Shown in pieces: positions 31,505 through 41,431 of a stretch of DNA of 64,000 nt; position 1 is the stretch's first letter, and every line of letters starts with the position of its first letter. The notes beneath the pieces were generated by a model. It did not search any database. It had not been told where the DNA came from and worked only from the letters and a program-made list of their open reading frames with translations. The DNA is from a virus. The DNA lies in IMG/VR virus record IMGVR_UViG_3300020048_000068, positions 32,317 to 96,316 of that record; one strand, given 5' to 3'. Made by a program: the position numbers and the translations under genes.

Positions 31505-31738
31505 TTATCTATCTTGTTTTTTATTTAACATGTCTGAGATAGTATCTAGTTTATCATATATTCTTTCTGCTACACGATTGAAATCATCTTTACGTATATA
31601 ATCATTAGCAACTTCAATACGAAAGGTAGCTATATCAGTAGTTAAATCTCTTGTTGCTGCCCAAACAGTTTTACCAAACCATCCTAGTATGCCAGATATT
31701 AAACCTATACTGATATTAAAAAATACTTGAAAATCCAT
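31505..31738 (-). CDS. Small membrane-anchored coiled-coil protein (holin-like)
   Basis: N-terminal TM segment followed by a YIRKDDF..IYDKLD coiled coil. Confidence 0.5.
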   Translation of the reverse strand: MDFQVFFNISIGLISGILGWFGKTVWAATRDLTTDIATFRIEVANDYIRKDDFNRVAERIYDKLDTISDMLNKKQDR

Positions 31739-31770
31739 TTTATTTATTTATTAAAGAATTATTAAAAATT

Positions 31771-32073
31771 TTACGAAGCAATAATTACCTTTACCTCTTC
31801 TATTGTATATCCCATTTGATATAATTTACAATTAGGATTCTCTTTGAGTTCATATTGAGTTTTATACTCTACCCCTTCTCTTTCCTCTATTACAACTTTA
31901 TGTGTATCATCAGTTATACCTTCTCCTTCAACTCCAACTAATTCACCACTTGGATACCATTGTAGTATATCATTACTAATTTCTGAGAGGAATACTTTTG
32001 TTTCTATAGGATGTGTAAGAAGAAGAACTTCTACATCATGTCTTGTTTGTATTACTTTTGGAAAGCCTTGCAT
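31771..32073 (-). CDS. Hypothetical partner/chaperone of the adjacent receptor-binding protein
   Basis: ATG at 32073 (MQGFPKVIQ) preferred over the TTG start in the track; directly follows the Mtd-like gene. Confidence 0.55.
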   Translation of the reverse strand: MQGFPKVIQTRHDVEVLLLTHPIETKVFLSEISNDILQWYPSGELVGVEGEGITDDTHKVVIEEREGVEYKTQYELKENPNCKLYQMGYTIEEVKVIIAS

Positions 32074-32142
32074 ATAGTTTTTAACCGTTTGATTATCCAA
32101 TTATTGTCTACTTTAGTCTTCATTGACTAAACTTTTAAAATT

Positions 32143-33405
32143 TTAATATGAAGATGCTGACTCCGCGACACCCCGCGAGGAAAAACCAGAATAAAGAATA
32201 AGCGGCGAACTATCCCACGAAACAGAACGCGACCCACAAACCACACCACTATCCCAAATGCCCCCAAAGCAAGGACGAGTTGGTTCATTATAATGTTGCC
32301 CTCCTACACCTGTATCGTTGGCATCAAAGGCATTTGCCCATGAAGTCGCTCCTGCAATTGCTCCTTGTTCTCTTCCCCATTGAGAGAAAACGCCGCACAT
32401 ATCTTCACAACCGATATTACTTATCATTCTACGTCCTGCTGTATCAGTATGTCCACCTGTTGTGGTCGGATTCGCAGACCCGGCGATATTTGTAGACTGA
32501 TTAGCACCCAAAGACGCGACAACAAATTCCATTGAAGCGATGGGCTTCTTACCCTGCTGTCCAAACCACTGATCCCATTTGTAAGCGTGGAATTTAACGG
32601 CTGTTGTGCCAGAAGCAATTGCGCCTCCATTAACTGAAACTACAGTTGACCCCGATACGGAAGGAAGGTAGATATCAACCCACTGATTTGTTAGTGAATA
32701 TACCATTCCTTCTACCGCAGATATAGGTCTATTCTTTAAATCCCATACCGAGCGGGGGATTATATCTCCGGCAAGATACCCTGTGAGGGTGTGTCCACTA
32801 ATTGTTCCAACAGCTACACACTCGCAATGAAATCCACCTACCTTACGAGTATTTGAAGCAGAAGGTGTTCCGCCTGATGGCATTGCTGTAGGATAGGTTG
32901 TACTGTGTGAAAGAATATAATCAGGTACAAACCCACTTATAGGAGTACAAGCATAAACATAGAAATCAAGTCCTACACGATTTGCCGCTGTAGCATAGGT
33001 TGTATTATCCCAATTACCTGTTGTACTAAGTAGTTTACTAATTGCAGTTGGATTTCTATATACTATGCCATTTATTGATAGAATTGTATCAGGAATAGTA
33101 ACTGTAATCCTATCAGCAGCTGTTGCTGAACTTGTGTAATATCCTGTTGCTACTGTATTTCCACCTTGTAACTGATTAGCTCTTTTATAATATGAAGAAT
33201 GAAATGGTGAAATACCACTGGAAACTGCATCTGGATAGGTTATAGTTCCACTAAATGTAGGACTTGCACTGAGCACAATATTCCCAGTACCTGTACTATT
33301 TACAGGAAACGAAACTGTACCTGTACCACTTACATTGATAGCAGAAATACCTTCATTAGAAACAGTACCTGAACCGTCTAAATTTGATTTAAAACTTATT
33401 GCCAT
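32143..33405 (-). CDS. Tail receptor-binding protein, Mtd-like C-type-lectin fold (DGR-target type)
   Basis: GGFHC, SVWDL, WVDIYL, GRRMISNIGCEDMCG..QW, and C-terminal FGGIWDSGVVCGSR..W..SSRGVAE. Confidence 0.8.
   Translation of the reverse strand: MAISFKSNLDGSGTVSNEGISAINVSGTGTVSFPVNSTGTGNIVLSASPTFSGTITYPDAVSSGISPFHSSYYKRANQLQGGNTVATGYYTSSATAADRITVTIPDTILSINGIVYRNPTAISKLLSTTGNWDNTTYATAANRVGLDFYVYACTPISGFVPDYILSHSTTYPTAMPSGGTPSASNTRKVGGFHCECVAVGTISGHTLTGYLAGDIIPRSVWDLKNRPISAVEGMVYSLTNQWVDIYLPSVSGSTVVSVNGGAIASGTTAVKFHAYKWDQWFGQQGKKPIASMEFVVASLGANQSTNIAGSANPTTTGGHTDTAGRRMISNIGCEDMCGVFSQWGREQGAIAGATSWANAFDANDTGVGGQHYNEPTRPCFGGIWDSGVVCGSRSVSWDSSPLILYSGFSSRGVAESASSY
32161..32280 (-). other. DGR-type variable region VR1
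   Basis: 40 codons with only 9 A in 120 nt on the coding strand, none ending in A, ~53% GC. Framework codons are A-free; putative variable codons end in T (ATT, GAT, AGT, TAT, TCT, GTT). Confidence 0.7.
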
Positions 33406-33408
33406 GTT

Positions 33409-33786
33409 TTATGTGTTTTCTAGTGTTATTTCTATCCAATTCTTCTGTTCCTCTGACCACTGATACATCTTACCGTCTGTTGGCATAGATGTGGGAGATT
33501 GCCATTGACAAGTATCTTCATTTAGAATCCATGAAGGATATGGTTGTGGTGCAATGAACGCATCACGCACTCTGTCATAAGTATATCCAATACCTGCGTA
33601 GTTCTTACGGACAGTACCATTATAGGATGTCTGCACCCACTTAGAATAGCCACCTGACCAACGGATAAAGAAAGCCTTACCCATGTCCTCTGACTCTACA
33701 CCTTCAGAGGTTAGCATCTCTATGTTGTTTAATGCGTGGACATCAATCACCACGTCGTTTTCATCTAGTTTAGCGAAATAAGCCAT
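33409..33786 (-). CDS. Tail-fibre-associated protein (partner of the Gly-rich fibre)
   Basis: MAYFAKLDENDVV..WVQTSYNGTVRKNYAGIGYTYD..FIAPQPYPSWILNE, a family I recognise next to Gly-rich fibres of aquatic phages. Confidence 0.7.
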   Translation of the reverse strand: MAYFAKLDENDVVIDVHALNNIEMLTSEGVESEDMGKAFFIRWSGGYSKWVQTSYNGTVRKNYAGIGYTYDRVRDAFIAPQPYPSWILNEDTCQWQSPTSMPTDGKMYQWSEEQKNWIEITLENT

Positions 33787-33795
33787 TGTAAATCC

Positions 33796-34896
33796 TTAGA
33801 TTGTAATTGAACCTGAACCTGTCCATTTATAGACACGATAGCCACCAGCGACTGTTATAGTAGGTGAGCCTGTGGTTGAAGTAGCAGCAGGATATGTGTC
33901 AGCATAACGAATGATAACTATACCTGAACCACCAGCACCGCCATTTCCATTATCGCCACCTGCTCCACCACCACCACCTGTGTTGACAGTACCTGCTGTA
34001 CCACTAGCAGCATTACCTGCGCCAGCACCGCCACCGCCTGCACCGCCAGTACCACCTGCACCTGTATTAAATGTTCCTCCACCACCACCGCCAGCATAAG
34101 TTACGCTAGAGCCACTAATTGAACTAGCTGTACCTGCCCCACCATTACCACCATTTGTTCCGCCATTACCACCAACTGCGGAAGCTCCACCGCCACCACC
34201 ACCAGCTCTATTTGCTGTGCCAGTATTGTTACCACCATTATTACCTTGGCTAGGAGAAGTTGATGGTGTGTTTCCTGCGCCACCAGTTGTGGTAGTCCAA
34301 CCGCCACCTCCGCCTGAACCGCCAGCTCCTACTGTTCCGTTACCTTCGTAATACCCTTTACCACCCCCTGCTGATGATATAGAGCCAAAAACAGAGGCTG
34401 CCCCGCTTGTTCCATCCGTTGCTAGACTTGCTATTGTTGCATTTCCACCAGCACCAACTGTAACTGTTATAGCAGAGCCAGCATTTACAGCAAACCCTAT
34501 TGCAGTCCTATATCCACCTGCTCCACCGCCACCTCCAGCACCATAACCACCACCACCGCCACCGCCTCCTACTACTAAATACTCTACGGTTGGGGTTGGA
34601 GTTGTAGCAGTCACGCTATACCAAGCCGTACCGTTGTAGTATTCTTTCACGTTCAGTGTAGTATTAAACCTCTCCATCCCAATAATACCCACAGCGGGTC
34701 TTTCAGCGGTAGTACCAGAAGGAAGAATCACAGCACCTGTAGTATTGAAAGTAGTTGTTCCTGTAAAAGTAGGTGATACAGTTAAAGCCAATGTACCTGA
34801 AGTAGAAGGCAGAGTTGCCACCACCGTTCCTGTTACATTTGGTGGTGCTACGGTGAATGTACCTCCGAGTGCTGAATTAAGTGTTAATTGTGACAT
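33796..34896 (-). CDS. Glycine-rich tail fibre/tip protein
   Basis: LPSGTTAERP adaptor; VEYLVVGGGGGG..GGSGIVIIRY..YKWTGSGSIT polyglycine domain. Confidence 0.8.
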   Translation of the reverse strand: MSQLTLNSALGGTFTVAPPNVTGTVVATLPSTSGTLALTVSPTFTGTTTFNTTGAVILPSGTTAERPAVGIIGMERFNTTLNVKEYYNGTAWYSVTATTPTPTVEYLVVGGGGGGGGYGAGGGGGAGGYRTAIGFAVNAGSAITVTVGAGGNATIASLATDGTSGAASVFGSISSAGGGKGYYEGNGTVGAGGSGGGGGWTTTTGGAGNTPSTSPSQGNNGGNNTGTANRAGGGGGGASAVGGNGGTNGGNGGAGTASSISGSSVTYAGGGGGGTFNTGAGGTGGAGGGGAGAGNAASGTAGTVNTGGGGGAGGDNGNGGAGGSGIVIIRYADTYPAATSTTGSPTITVAGGYRVYKWTGSGSITI

Positions 34897-34910
34897 GTAT
34901 TTTTATTGTT

Positions 34911-35267
34911 TTATACCCAAACTGGTTGTGGTTCTATAGGCCATACTGGTTCTGCTATTGGTGTTAAAATGAGTGCTCTGAGTTCTAAACGATATACTAT
35001 ATATTCAGATACATTAAGGATTCCTACATCTGAAAGAACTGCCCAATCTGTCTTGGATATTAAAGATTTAGCTTCTGATTTGCAGTTGTCAAAGGGAACC
35101 TTGGCAATCAGCCTTTCGAGTTCTGTGTCTATTTCTTCTCTTGTTACTGGTGCTTCTGCTTCTGATGGTCTAATCCATTCGATTATTGCTTCTGTGCCAG
35201 TATCTCTTACTACTACCTCTGCATTGGGCACTAAAGAGATTATTGCATTAATAAGTGATGGTTGCAT
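34911..35267 (-). CDS. Tail fibre assembly chaperone-like protein
   Basis: LISKTDWAVLSD..YRLELRAL..VWPIEP motif. Confidence 0.7.
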   Translation of the reverse strand: MQPSLINAIISLVPNAEVVVRDTGTEAIIEWIRPSEAEAPVTREEIDTELERLIAKVPFDNCKSEAKSLISKTDWAVLSDVGILNVSEYIVYRLELRALILTPIAEPVWPIEPQPVWV

Positions 35268-35296
35268 TTTATATTATGATTTACTGTTAAGGGTTG

Positions 35297-35977
35297 TTAG
35301 CCAGCGATCTCTATTAGAATCCAATCAACTCCAGCATCACCATGTGCACTATCTATAGACCTACCTCCAATATTAATTGGAGTAGTGCCACCATTAGGTT
35401 TAACACTATTTAATGTATAGTATGTAGCAGAAGTAGTTGCTGGAGAATCAACTACAGTAAATGTAGAGTTGTCAACGGTGTAACTTGTATGCCGAGTATA
35501 ATGTTGAGTTAAAGTTGTTGTTCCATTTCTTTTTAAATAAAATACTGCATTTTCAGCTAAATCTATACTTAAAGAAGATGTTGCAATAACTACTATTTTA
35601 CTTGTAGCACTTGTTGGAGTAATAGAAACTGAAGTTACTAATACCGTATCAGATGCAGATGTAGTTGAAAATTTACCTGAATTAAACCCACTAACAACCT
35701 GCAACACATTGCCTGTTCGAGCAAGTGTGTCGATTGTACTTGTTTTTGCTGGAACAGTAAGTGTGAAATTACTTGCTGTTGAAACAGGTGTTAAAGTAAT
35801 CAGACCTCCACCCGCAGATGTAATTACTGGACTACCAGTAAATATAGGACTTGCAATAGTCTGTCCTGAAGGATATACAACAGTTCCTGTAAGTGTAGGA
35901 CTTTCAATAGTCTTACTTACGAGTGCTGTGTTATTTACTGTATCTATTCCTGTTGTACCTGAGATATTAACGGTCAT
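35297..35977 (-). CDS. Tail fibre subunit
   Basis: GNVLQVV..SVSITPTSATSKIVV..DSPATTSATYY..ILIEIAG, a gp53-like C-terminal domain pattern. Confidence 0.7.
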   Translation of the reverse strand: MTVNISGTTGIDTVNNTALVSKTIESPTLTGTVVYPSGQTIASPIFTGSPVITSAGGGLITLTPVSTASNFTLTVPAKTSTIDTLARTGNVLQVVSGFNSGKFSTTSASDTVLVTSVSITPTSATSKIVVIATSSLSIDLAENAVFYLKRNGTTTLTQHYTRHTSYTVDNSTFTVVDSPATTSATYYTLNSVKPNGGTTPINIGGRSIDSAHGDAGVDWILIEIAG

Positions 35978-36008
35978 ATTTACTTTTCTTTATATTTATA
36001 AATCCTTT

Positions 36009-38162
36009 TTATCCACCTACAATTGTCCAGTTACTTCCTGATTCTATAGTTACTGTATAAGAATTAGTAATAGTAATTGGCCCTGCTGATAATCCGTTAT
36101 TACCAGATGTTATTGTTACATTCTCACTGATAGTACTACTATTATAAGCAATAGCTTTAGTTGCTGCTGCCCCAAAGTATTGACCTCCTGCTACTGTTGC
36201 AGTAGATACTCCTGTTACAAGACCTTTAGCATTAACTGTTACTACTGGTATACTTATAGATGAACCAAATGTACCAACATTACTATTAACTGTAGTTAAT
36301 GTAGTAGCAAAACTACTTGTTCCACTACCAGTAACATCGCCCGTAAGTGTAATGGTTTGATCACCAGTATTAGTACCACTGGTATTACTAATTACAGTTT
36401 TCTGAGCATCGGTGCAGTATCGCTTATCAGTAGAATCCGCAATATCAGCAGTTGTTGCATCTGCGCCAGAAGTAATTAATCCTTTACTATCATAGGTTAT
36501 TTTAATTTTAGTTGCACCAGTAATAGAACTATTACTTACTACTCCTCCAAGAGTAGTAATAGAAGGAAAAGTACAATTTGTTAATGTACCACTACTTGGA
36601 GTACCTAATGCACCACCATTATATAATACCGTTCCACCTGTACCAAAAGCAATCGAACTATTATCTGTACCAGTAAGAGTAAGACTATTATTAATTGTCA
36701 ATGACTTACCACTAACTGCTTTTGCGCTTGAATAATCTTTTTCCCATATTCCAGTTGTTGTACTAATATTCGTACATGTTAAATATAAATCACAACTTGG
36801 TGCAATAATCCACAAATCAGTACCACCATTCGTTTTAATAGTAATAGATTGAGTTGAATCATTATCCATTCTAATCTTTCTACCTAAAGAAAGAGTTGTT
36901 GCATTAGGAAGAATTACTGTTTGTCCTTGAGAACCAGTAAAAATTACATAGTCAGCTATTGATGAAGTAAAGGTCGTAGTTCCACCAGTAGTTACTATAG
37001 ATTGTAATCCCATATTAACTGAAGGAATGGTACTTGTACCAGTAAATATTGGAGCTGTTAATCCAGCTAATCCACCTGTTGGAACAGCAAGTCCATTTTT
37101 AAGTAATTTAGAATTTACTCCATCCCATTGAGGTAAATAATCTGCTGAATTAGTTGCTGGAGCCACTACAAGACCTTCAGATGATACATAGGCAGCTACC
37201 CAAATAGTACCATTATATAATCTCATTACTCCCGATACACTATTAAAGTATAATGTACCACCTATAAGAGGATTACCGTCATTATCAACAATAGGGTCAG
37301 CAATTTTAGCACCTAAGTATCTATCATCAAAATTATCAAAAGCAGTAAGAGTAGAATCTCTCGCACTTTCAGCAGCAATTTTAGCTGCACTTGCATCACT
37401 AGCATAACCACTTGCTAAACCAGCTTGAGTTGTTGCTGTAGCGGCATTTGCACTTGCTCCTAATACAGAAGTCATATTAGTAGATACATCGGCAACTGCT
37501 ACAATATTAGTTGCAACACTATCTATATTAGTAATATCAGTATAAATAGCATCTATGTTACCAATACTAGTATATACTCTATCAATATTATCTATAGAGG
37601 TAAATAACCTGTCTAGTTTTAATATAGAATCATGAAGTCTATCTAAGTTAGTTATTGATGTATATAAGGTATCTAATTTATCTACAGAAGTATGTAGTCT
37701 ATCAATGTTATCTATTGATGTATATACTCTATCAACTTTACTTATTGATGTATATACTCTGTCTAATTCAGTTATGGAAGTATGTAACCTATCAAGATTA
37801 TCTACTGAAGTATATAATCTATCTATATTAATAATAGAAGTAAATAATCTATCTATTTCATCAATAGAAAGAAATACTCTATCAATCTCATCTACGTGTT
37901 CTCCCATTGCTATTATAGTATCAATATTTGATACAATATTATTAATATTAGTCGTGTTATTAGCAACAATATTAATATTATTAATGTTATCACTAACAGT
38001 AGTTATATTAATATAAGTAAAATATAGAAATGTAGTAGTATCATCTAAAAAATTAGTTAGAGTAACTAAATCTTCTTTAGTAAGATATTTAACTGGTACT
38101 TCAAATCTTTGTTGAAGATTAGCAATTGCTTGTTGTAATTCTATATTAGTAGTTATACTCAT
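36009..38162 (-). CDS. Long tail fibre / spike protein
   Basis: 717 aa: 10-aa repeat stalk, FDDRYLGAK..DNDGNPL..LYFN domain, Thr/Gly beta repeats, C-terminal NGLSAGPITI..WTIV. Confidence 0.8.
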   Translation of the reverse strand: MSITTNIELQQAIANLQQRFEVPVKYLTKEDLVTLTNFLDDTTTFLYFTYINITTVSDNINNINIVANNTTNINNIVSNIDTIIAMGEHVDEIDRVFLSIDEIDRLFTSIINIDRLYTSVDNLDRLHTSITELDRVYTSISKVDRVYTSIDNIDRLHTSVDKLDTLYTSITNLDRLHDSILKLDRLFTSIDNIDRVYTSIGNIDAIYTDITNIDSVATNIVAVADVSTNMTSVLGASANAATATTQAGLASGYASDASAAKIAAESARDSTLTAFDNFDDRYLGAKIADPIVDNDGNPLIGGTLYFNSVSGVMRLYNGTIWVAAYVSSEGLVVAPATNSADYLPQWDGVNSKLLKNGLAVPTGGLAGLTAPIFTGTSTIPSVNMGLQSIVTTGGTTTFTSSIADYVIFTGSQGQTVILPNATTLSLGRKIRMDNDSTQSITIKTNGGTDLWIIAPSCDLYLTCTNISTTTGIWEKDYSSAKAVSGKSLTINNSLTLTGTDNSSIAFGTGGTVLYNGGALGTPSSGTLTNCTFPSITTLGGVVSNSSITGATKIKITYDSKGLITSGADATTADIADSTDKRYCTDAQKTVISNTSGTNTGDQTITLTGDVTGSGTSSFATTLTTVNSNVGTFGSSISIPVVTVNAKGLVTGVSTATVAGGQYFGAAATKAIAYNSSTISENVTITSGNNGLSAGPITITNSYTVTIESGSNWTIVGG
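37526..37895 (-). repeat. About 12 degenerate 30-bp tandem repeats encoding (I/L)DR(L/V)(Y/H/F)TSI(D/T)x
   Basis: IDRVFLSIDE IDRLFTSIIN IDRLYTSVDN LDRLHTSITE LDRVYTSISK VDRVYTSIDN IDRLHTSVDK ...; boundaries approximate. Confidence 0.85.
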
Positions 38163-38461
38163 ATTAATTTATCATAAGTAAATGATGTTTGAGGATTATT
38201 TATATTGACATATAATTTAATAATATTTAGATTAAATACAAAATTATTATTTCTAATAATTGAACTTGCAACATCATAAATACTATTTATATCTGATTTA
38301 CTAACATCATACCATTCACTTTCTTCTATTATATTTTGTATAATAGTAAGAATAAATAATGCTTCTTTTTTATTAAAATCATTATTACCATAAATAGTAT
38401 TTAAGTCAATAAGTATATCATTTGTATCTAATAAAGAATTTGTTAATTGACTTAATATCAT
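38159..38461 (-). CDS. Hypothetical structural protein
   Basis: 100-aa ORF coupled to its neighbours. Confidence 0.55.
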   Translation of the reverse strand: MILSQLTNSLLDTNDILIDLNTIYGNNDFNKKEALFILTIIQNIIEESEWYDVSKSDINSIYDVASSIIRNNNFVFNLNIIKLYVNINNPQTSFTYDKLI

Positions 38462-38953
38462 TTAAATAATTAATTTTTTAAGTTCATTACAATAATAATT
38501 AGCATCTTCAAATCTTTCTAAAGATAGTGCCATTTTCATTAAATTTTCAGATATATAAATATTATATAAATACTCTTTATTTAAAAAAAGAGGATTATAT
38601 AATTCTTTTATAGCTATTACTTTTTTAGAGTAACTTGTACTTAAATCAGCAACAGAAGCATTTGAATATAAAATATTATCAACTATTTCTGATCCTGTAC
38701 CATCCCATTCAATAGTAAATTGGATATAGTATAGAATATCAGAAACAATACTATTTAGTGGTATATTCTTAATTTCTTTATTATTAACTTTATCTAAATT
38801 AGAACCCAAATCAATAGTTGTCAATGTTGGAGTCCAGATACTACTATCATTTGAAGTCCATATATAAAGATTCTTAAATTTATAATTAGAATCTGTTTCT
38901 ACATTGACTTCAAGTGATCCATTAAATACACGTAAAAGATTTATACTTATCAT
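38462..38953 (-). CDS. Hypothetical structural (tail hub-like) protein
   Basis: Probable start MISINLL at 38953, which avoids overlap with the upstream gene; C-terminal ALSLERFEDANYY helix. Confidence 0.55.
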   Translation of the reverse strand: MISINLLRVFNGSLEVNVETDSNYKFKNLYIWTSNDSSIWTPTLTTIDLGSNLDKVNNKEIKNIPLNSIVSDILYYIQFTIEWDGTGSEIVDNILYSNASVADLSTSYSKKVIAIKELYNPLFLNKEYLYNIYISENLMKMALSLERFEDANYYCNELKKLII

Positions 38954-38970
38954 ATTATAATTAATAATTA

Positions 38971-39501
38971 TTAACCCTGAGCAATAATTATCCAATTAGT
39001 GCCATTACTTTCAAGTATTGCCCATTTACCAGCAGTAGCAGCAAGAATAGCAGTACCTGGAGTTACACTATTAATAGGTGCAACATTAGAACTATTACTA
39101 TTAACTGCATAAGCACCAATAGTTTTAACCCTAATACTTTTACCAGTATATGAAGCAGCAGCAGGTAGAGTTACTGTATGAGTAGCAGAACCATTAAAGA
39201 TTTGAGTAAAAGGTGCATTAGCAATGGTACTTGTAGTACCAGTTACAGTAGTAGCAGCAGAAGGAATAATTGCATTAACATTACCATTAAGTTTCTGAAT
39301 AGCACTAAGAATACTATCTGTAGCAGCTACAGTTCCAGCACCAGATGTATAACCCGTTAATACAGTAGAAGTCAAGGTAGTAGTAGCTAATTTAGCATCA
39401 ATACCTTTAAGATGACCATCTAATTTGCTATCAACCTTTGTATAATTAATAGGTTTATATGCAGAGGGTACATTATATTTAATCGGAAGTGAAAAGATCA
39501 T
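38971..39501 (-). CDS. Small fibre-like structural protein
   Basis: TDSILSAIQKL coiled motif, TVTLPAAA..GKSIRVK, SNGTNWIII terminus. Confidence 0.65.
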   Translation of the reverse strand: MIFSLPIKYNVPSAYKPINYTKVDSKLDGHLKGIDAKLATTTLTSTVLTGYTSGAGTVAATDSILSAIQKLNGNVNAIIPSAATTVTGTTSTIANAPFTQIFNGSATHTVTLPAAASYTGKSIRVKTIGAYAVNSNSSNVAPINSVTPGTAILAATAGKWAILESNGTNWIIIAQG

Positions 39502-39538
39502 TTTATGTTTTAATATTTAAATTTTTTAGAATTAATTA

Positions 39539-39565
39539 AAAGAGGATGTTTTATTATCCTCTTTT
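39539..39565 (-). terminator. Intrinsic terminator-like hairpin
   Basis: AAAGAGGAT-8nt-ATCCTCTTT stem directly downstream of the 341-aa gene. Confidence 0.6.
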
Positions 39566-39580
39566 ATAATTAAATTAATT

Positions 39581-40606
39581 TTAAGAAGCAATCTTTTTAC
39601 CACTAATAACAAGAGCAGCATTAATAGCATCAATAGTAGCAATAGAAGAGGAGTCAGAACTTAATACCGCAACAATAGTTTCTACGTTATTAATCTTATT
39701 TGCATTCTGTGGATAATCAAGATCATAATTATAAACATAAACAGTATAATTACTTCCAGCAGCAGCTTCAGGTAGGAACACATTATAGAGAGGAAGCGTA
39801 GAACTAAATCTATGTGCTCCTTTACCCGTAGTACCATTCCAACCAGCAGCCTGACGTTCAAGTTCCTGTACATAAGAACCTTTTCCTTCAGAATAAGCAA
39901 AAGCAGTACCATAACTACCAGTCATATTATCGTTGATAGTAATAGAAGTATGTGAAGCATATCCCTGCGCAGTCTTACCATTAAGTGTATTCTTTCCCTG
40001 ACCATATTGACCAGTAGTAGTTGAAAAATCATCAGTGTTACTAAGAGTAATCAGTAGTTTATTAGTTCCACTTGTGTAAGTAGCTAAAAGAAAACCACCA
40101 TTAGCAGTTGATTCTTTGTCAGCATTAATAAGAGTAACCAATGCCGCACCAGTTAGATCAGCAGTTGATAATGCCTGAAGAATATAAAACTTCCTAACTT
40201 CATTACCATAATTAGTAGTAATTACATTACCATCACTAATACGAAGTTTGATTTCAATATCTTCACCTTCATTAATAACCGCAGAATCATCATTACCAAT
40301 AGCAGGAAGCGTAAATTCGATTGTTGCAGATACATTGGCTTTATATGCTTTCTTAGTAATAGAGTTAAGTCTATTTACATTAATTACTTTACCTACTGAA
40401 GTAAAGACATTAGAACTATTAACTGGAGCCATATAGAACTTAATATTTTTAGCAGTATCAGCGTCAGTATCATCAATAGTAATACCCAAATCTACATCCA
40501 TAATTGCAAGATTGCTTTCAGTAGCAAGAGCTTCACTGAGAGTTTTATTCCTTACACTAATAGTACTTGCAACAAGTACCTGAAACATATTATTATCGTT
40601 TTTCAT
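39581..40606 (-). CDS. Structural protein (auxiliary capsid-like)
   Basis: 341 aa, Ala/Thr-rich, EGKGSYVQELE motif; lies in the block downstream of the MCP. Confidence 0.6.
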   Translation of the reverse strand: MKNDNNMFQVLVASTISVRNKTLSEALATESNLAIMDVDLGITIDDTDADTAKNIKFYMAPVNSSNVFTSVGKVINVNRLNSITKKAYKANVSATIEFTLPAIGNDDSAVINEGEDIEIKLRISDGNVITTNYGNEVRKFYILQALSTADLTGAALVTLINADKESTANGGFLLATYTSGTNKLLITLSNTDDFSTTTGQYGQGKNTLNGKTAQGYASHTSITINDNMTGSYGTAFAYSEGKGSYVQELERQAAGWNGTTGKGAHRFSSTLPLYNVFLPEAAAGSNYTVYVYNYDLDYPQNANKINNVETIVAVLSSDSSSIATIDAINAALVISGKKIAS

Positions 40607-40623
40607 TTTAAATTTTTATTGTT

Positions 40624-41424
40624 TTAGTTTTGTTGTTTATTTATTGAAATTAAGTTTTCCATAACATCTTGTACTGCAATATCGACAACATCTTCAAATG
40701 TATTTTCAGATAATTCTGAATCTACATATCCAAATAAAGTCAAACCGTTAAGTGATTTATAACCATTGATTGTATAAAGAGTTTCAGATACAATATTAGC
40801 AATGGGTATAGTCAAACCTCGTGGTATTCTATTATATAAAGTATAATAAGTAGTTATTACTGATCCTAATACAAAAACTGTGCCATAATGTGATTCTGCA
40901 TTGTGAGATAACACTGGTACTTTCACATACTTTAATGTGATAGATGTAATATTGAAAGTACCATCTGTTATAAAAACAAGTTGTTTATTTAAGAATATAA
41001 CATTTAATTCTTCCCATTCAAATGAAGTTGAATTAAATATCATTATTTCTTCAGTATTATTCCTAACTTGACAAGGAATAACCTTTGTAATACCCCCTTT
41101 AGTACATGTTGCTTTACAATCTATATAGTAATAGTAATCAGTTGGTAAATTAGCATACCAATTAGTGCTAGTATCTGTATGAGTTAAAGATGTAATTGTA
41201 CTAGAAGTAGTTATATTCTTTAAATCATCAATTACTTTATTATTAAATTCATATGTACCTTTATTAAAAGGATTAGATTGAGACATTCTTTCTTTAATAA
41301 ACTTAGCCTCTGCTCTTTTAAGTCTCCAATCTATTTCTGGTACTACATAATTAATATTAGTCGCACTATCAACTTTATCAAGTTTGAGTTTAAATTGATA
41401 GTGCATTTCTTTAATTGATGACAT
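40624..41424 (-). CDS. Head-tail ring protein
   Basis: EMHYQFKLKLDKVDS..EIDWRL; LPTDYYY; LKYVKVP; ELSENTFEDVVDIAV pattern of crAss-like ring proteins. Confidence 0.7.
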   Translation of the reverse strand: MSSIKEMHYQFKLKLDKVDSATNINYVVPEIDWRLKRAEAKFIKERMSQSNPFNKGTYEFNNKVIDDLKNITTSSTITSLTHTDTSTNWYANLPTDYYYYIDCKATCTKGGITKVIPCQVRNNTEEIMIFNSTSFEWEELNVIFLNKQLVFITDGTFNITSITLKYVKVPVLSHNAESHYGTVFVLGSVITTYYTLYNRIPRGLTIPIANIVSETLYTINGYKSLNGLTLFGYVDSELSENTFEDVVDIAVQDVMENLISINKQQN

Positions 41425-41431
41425 AAGATAT

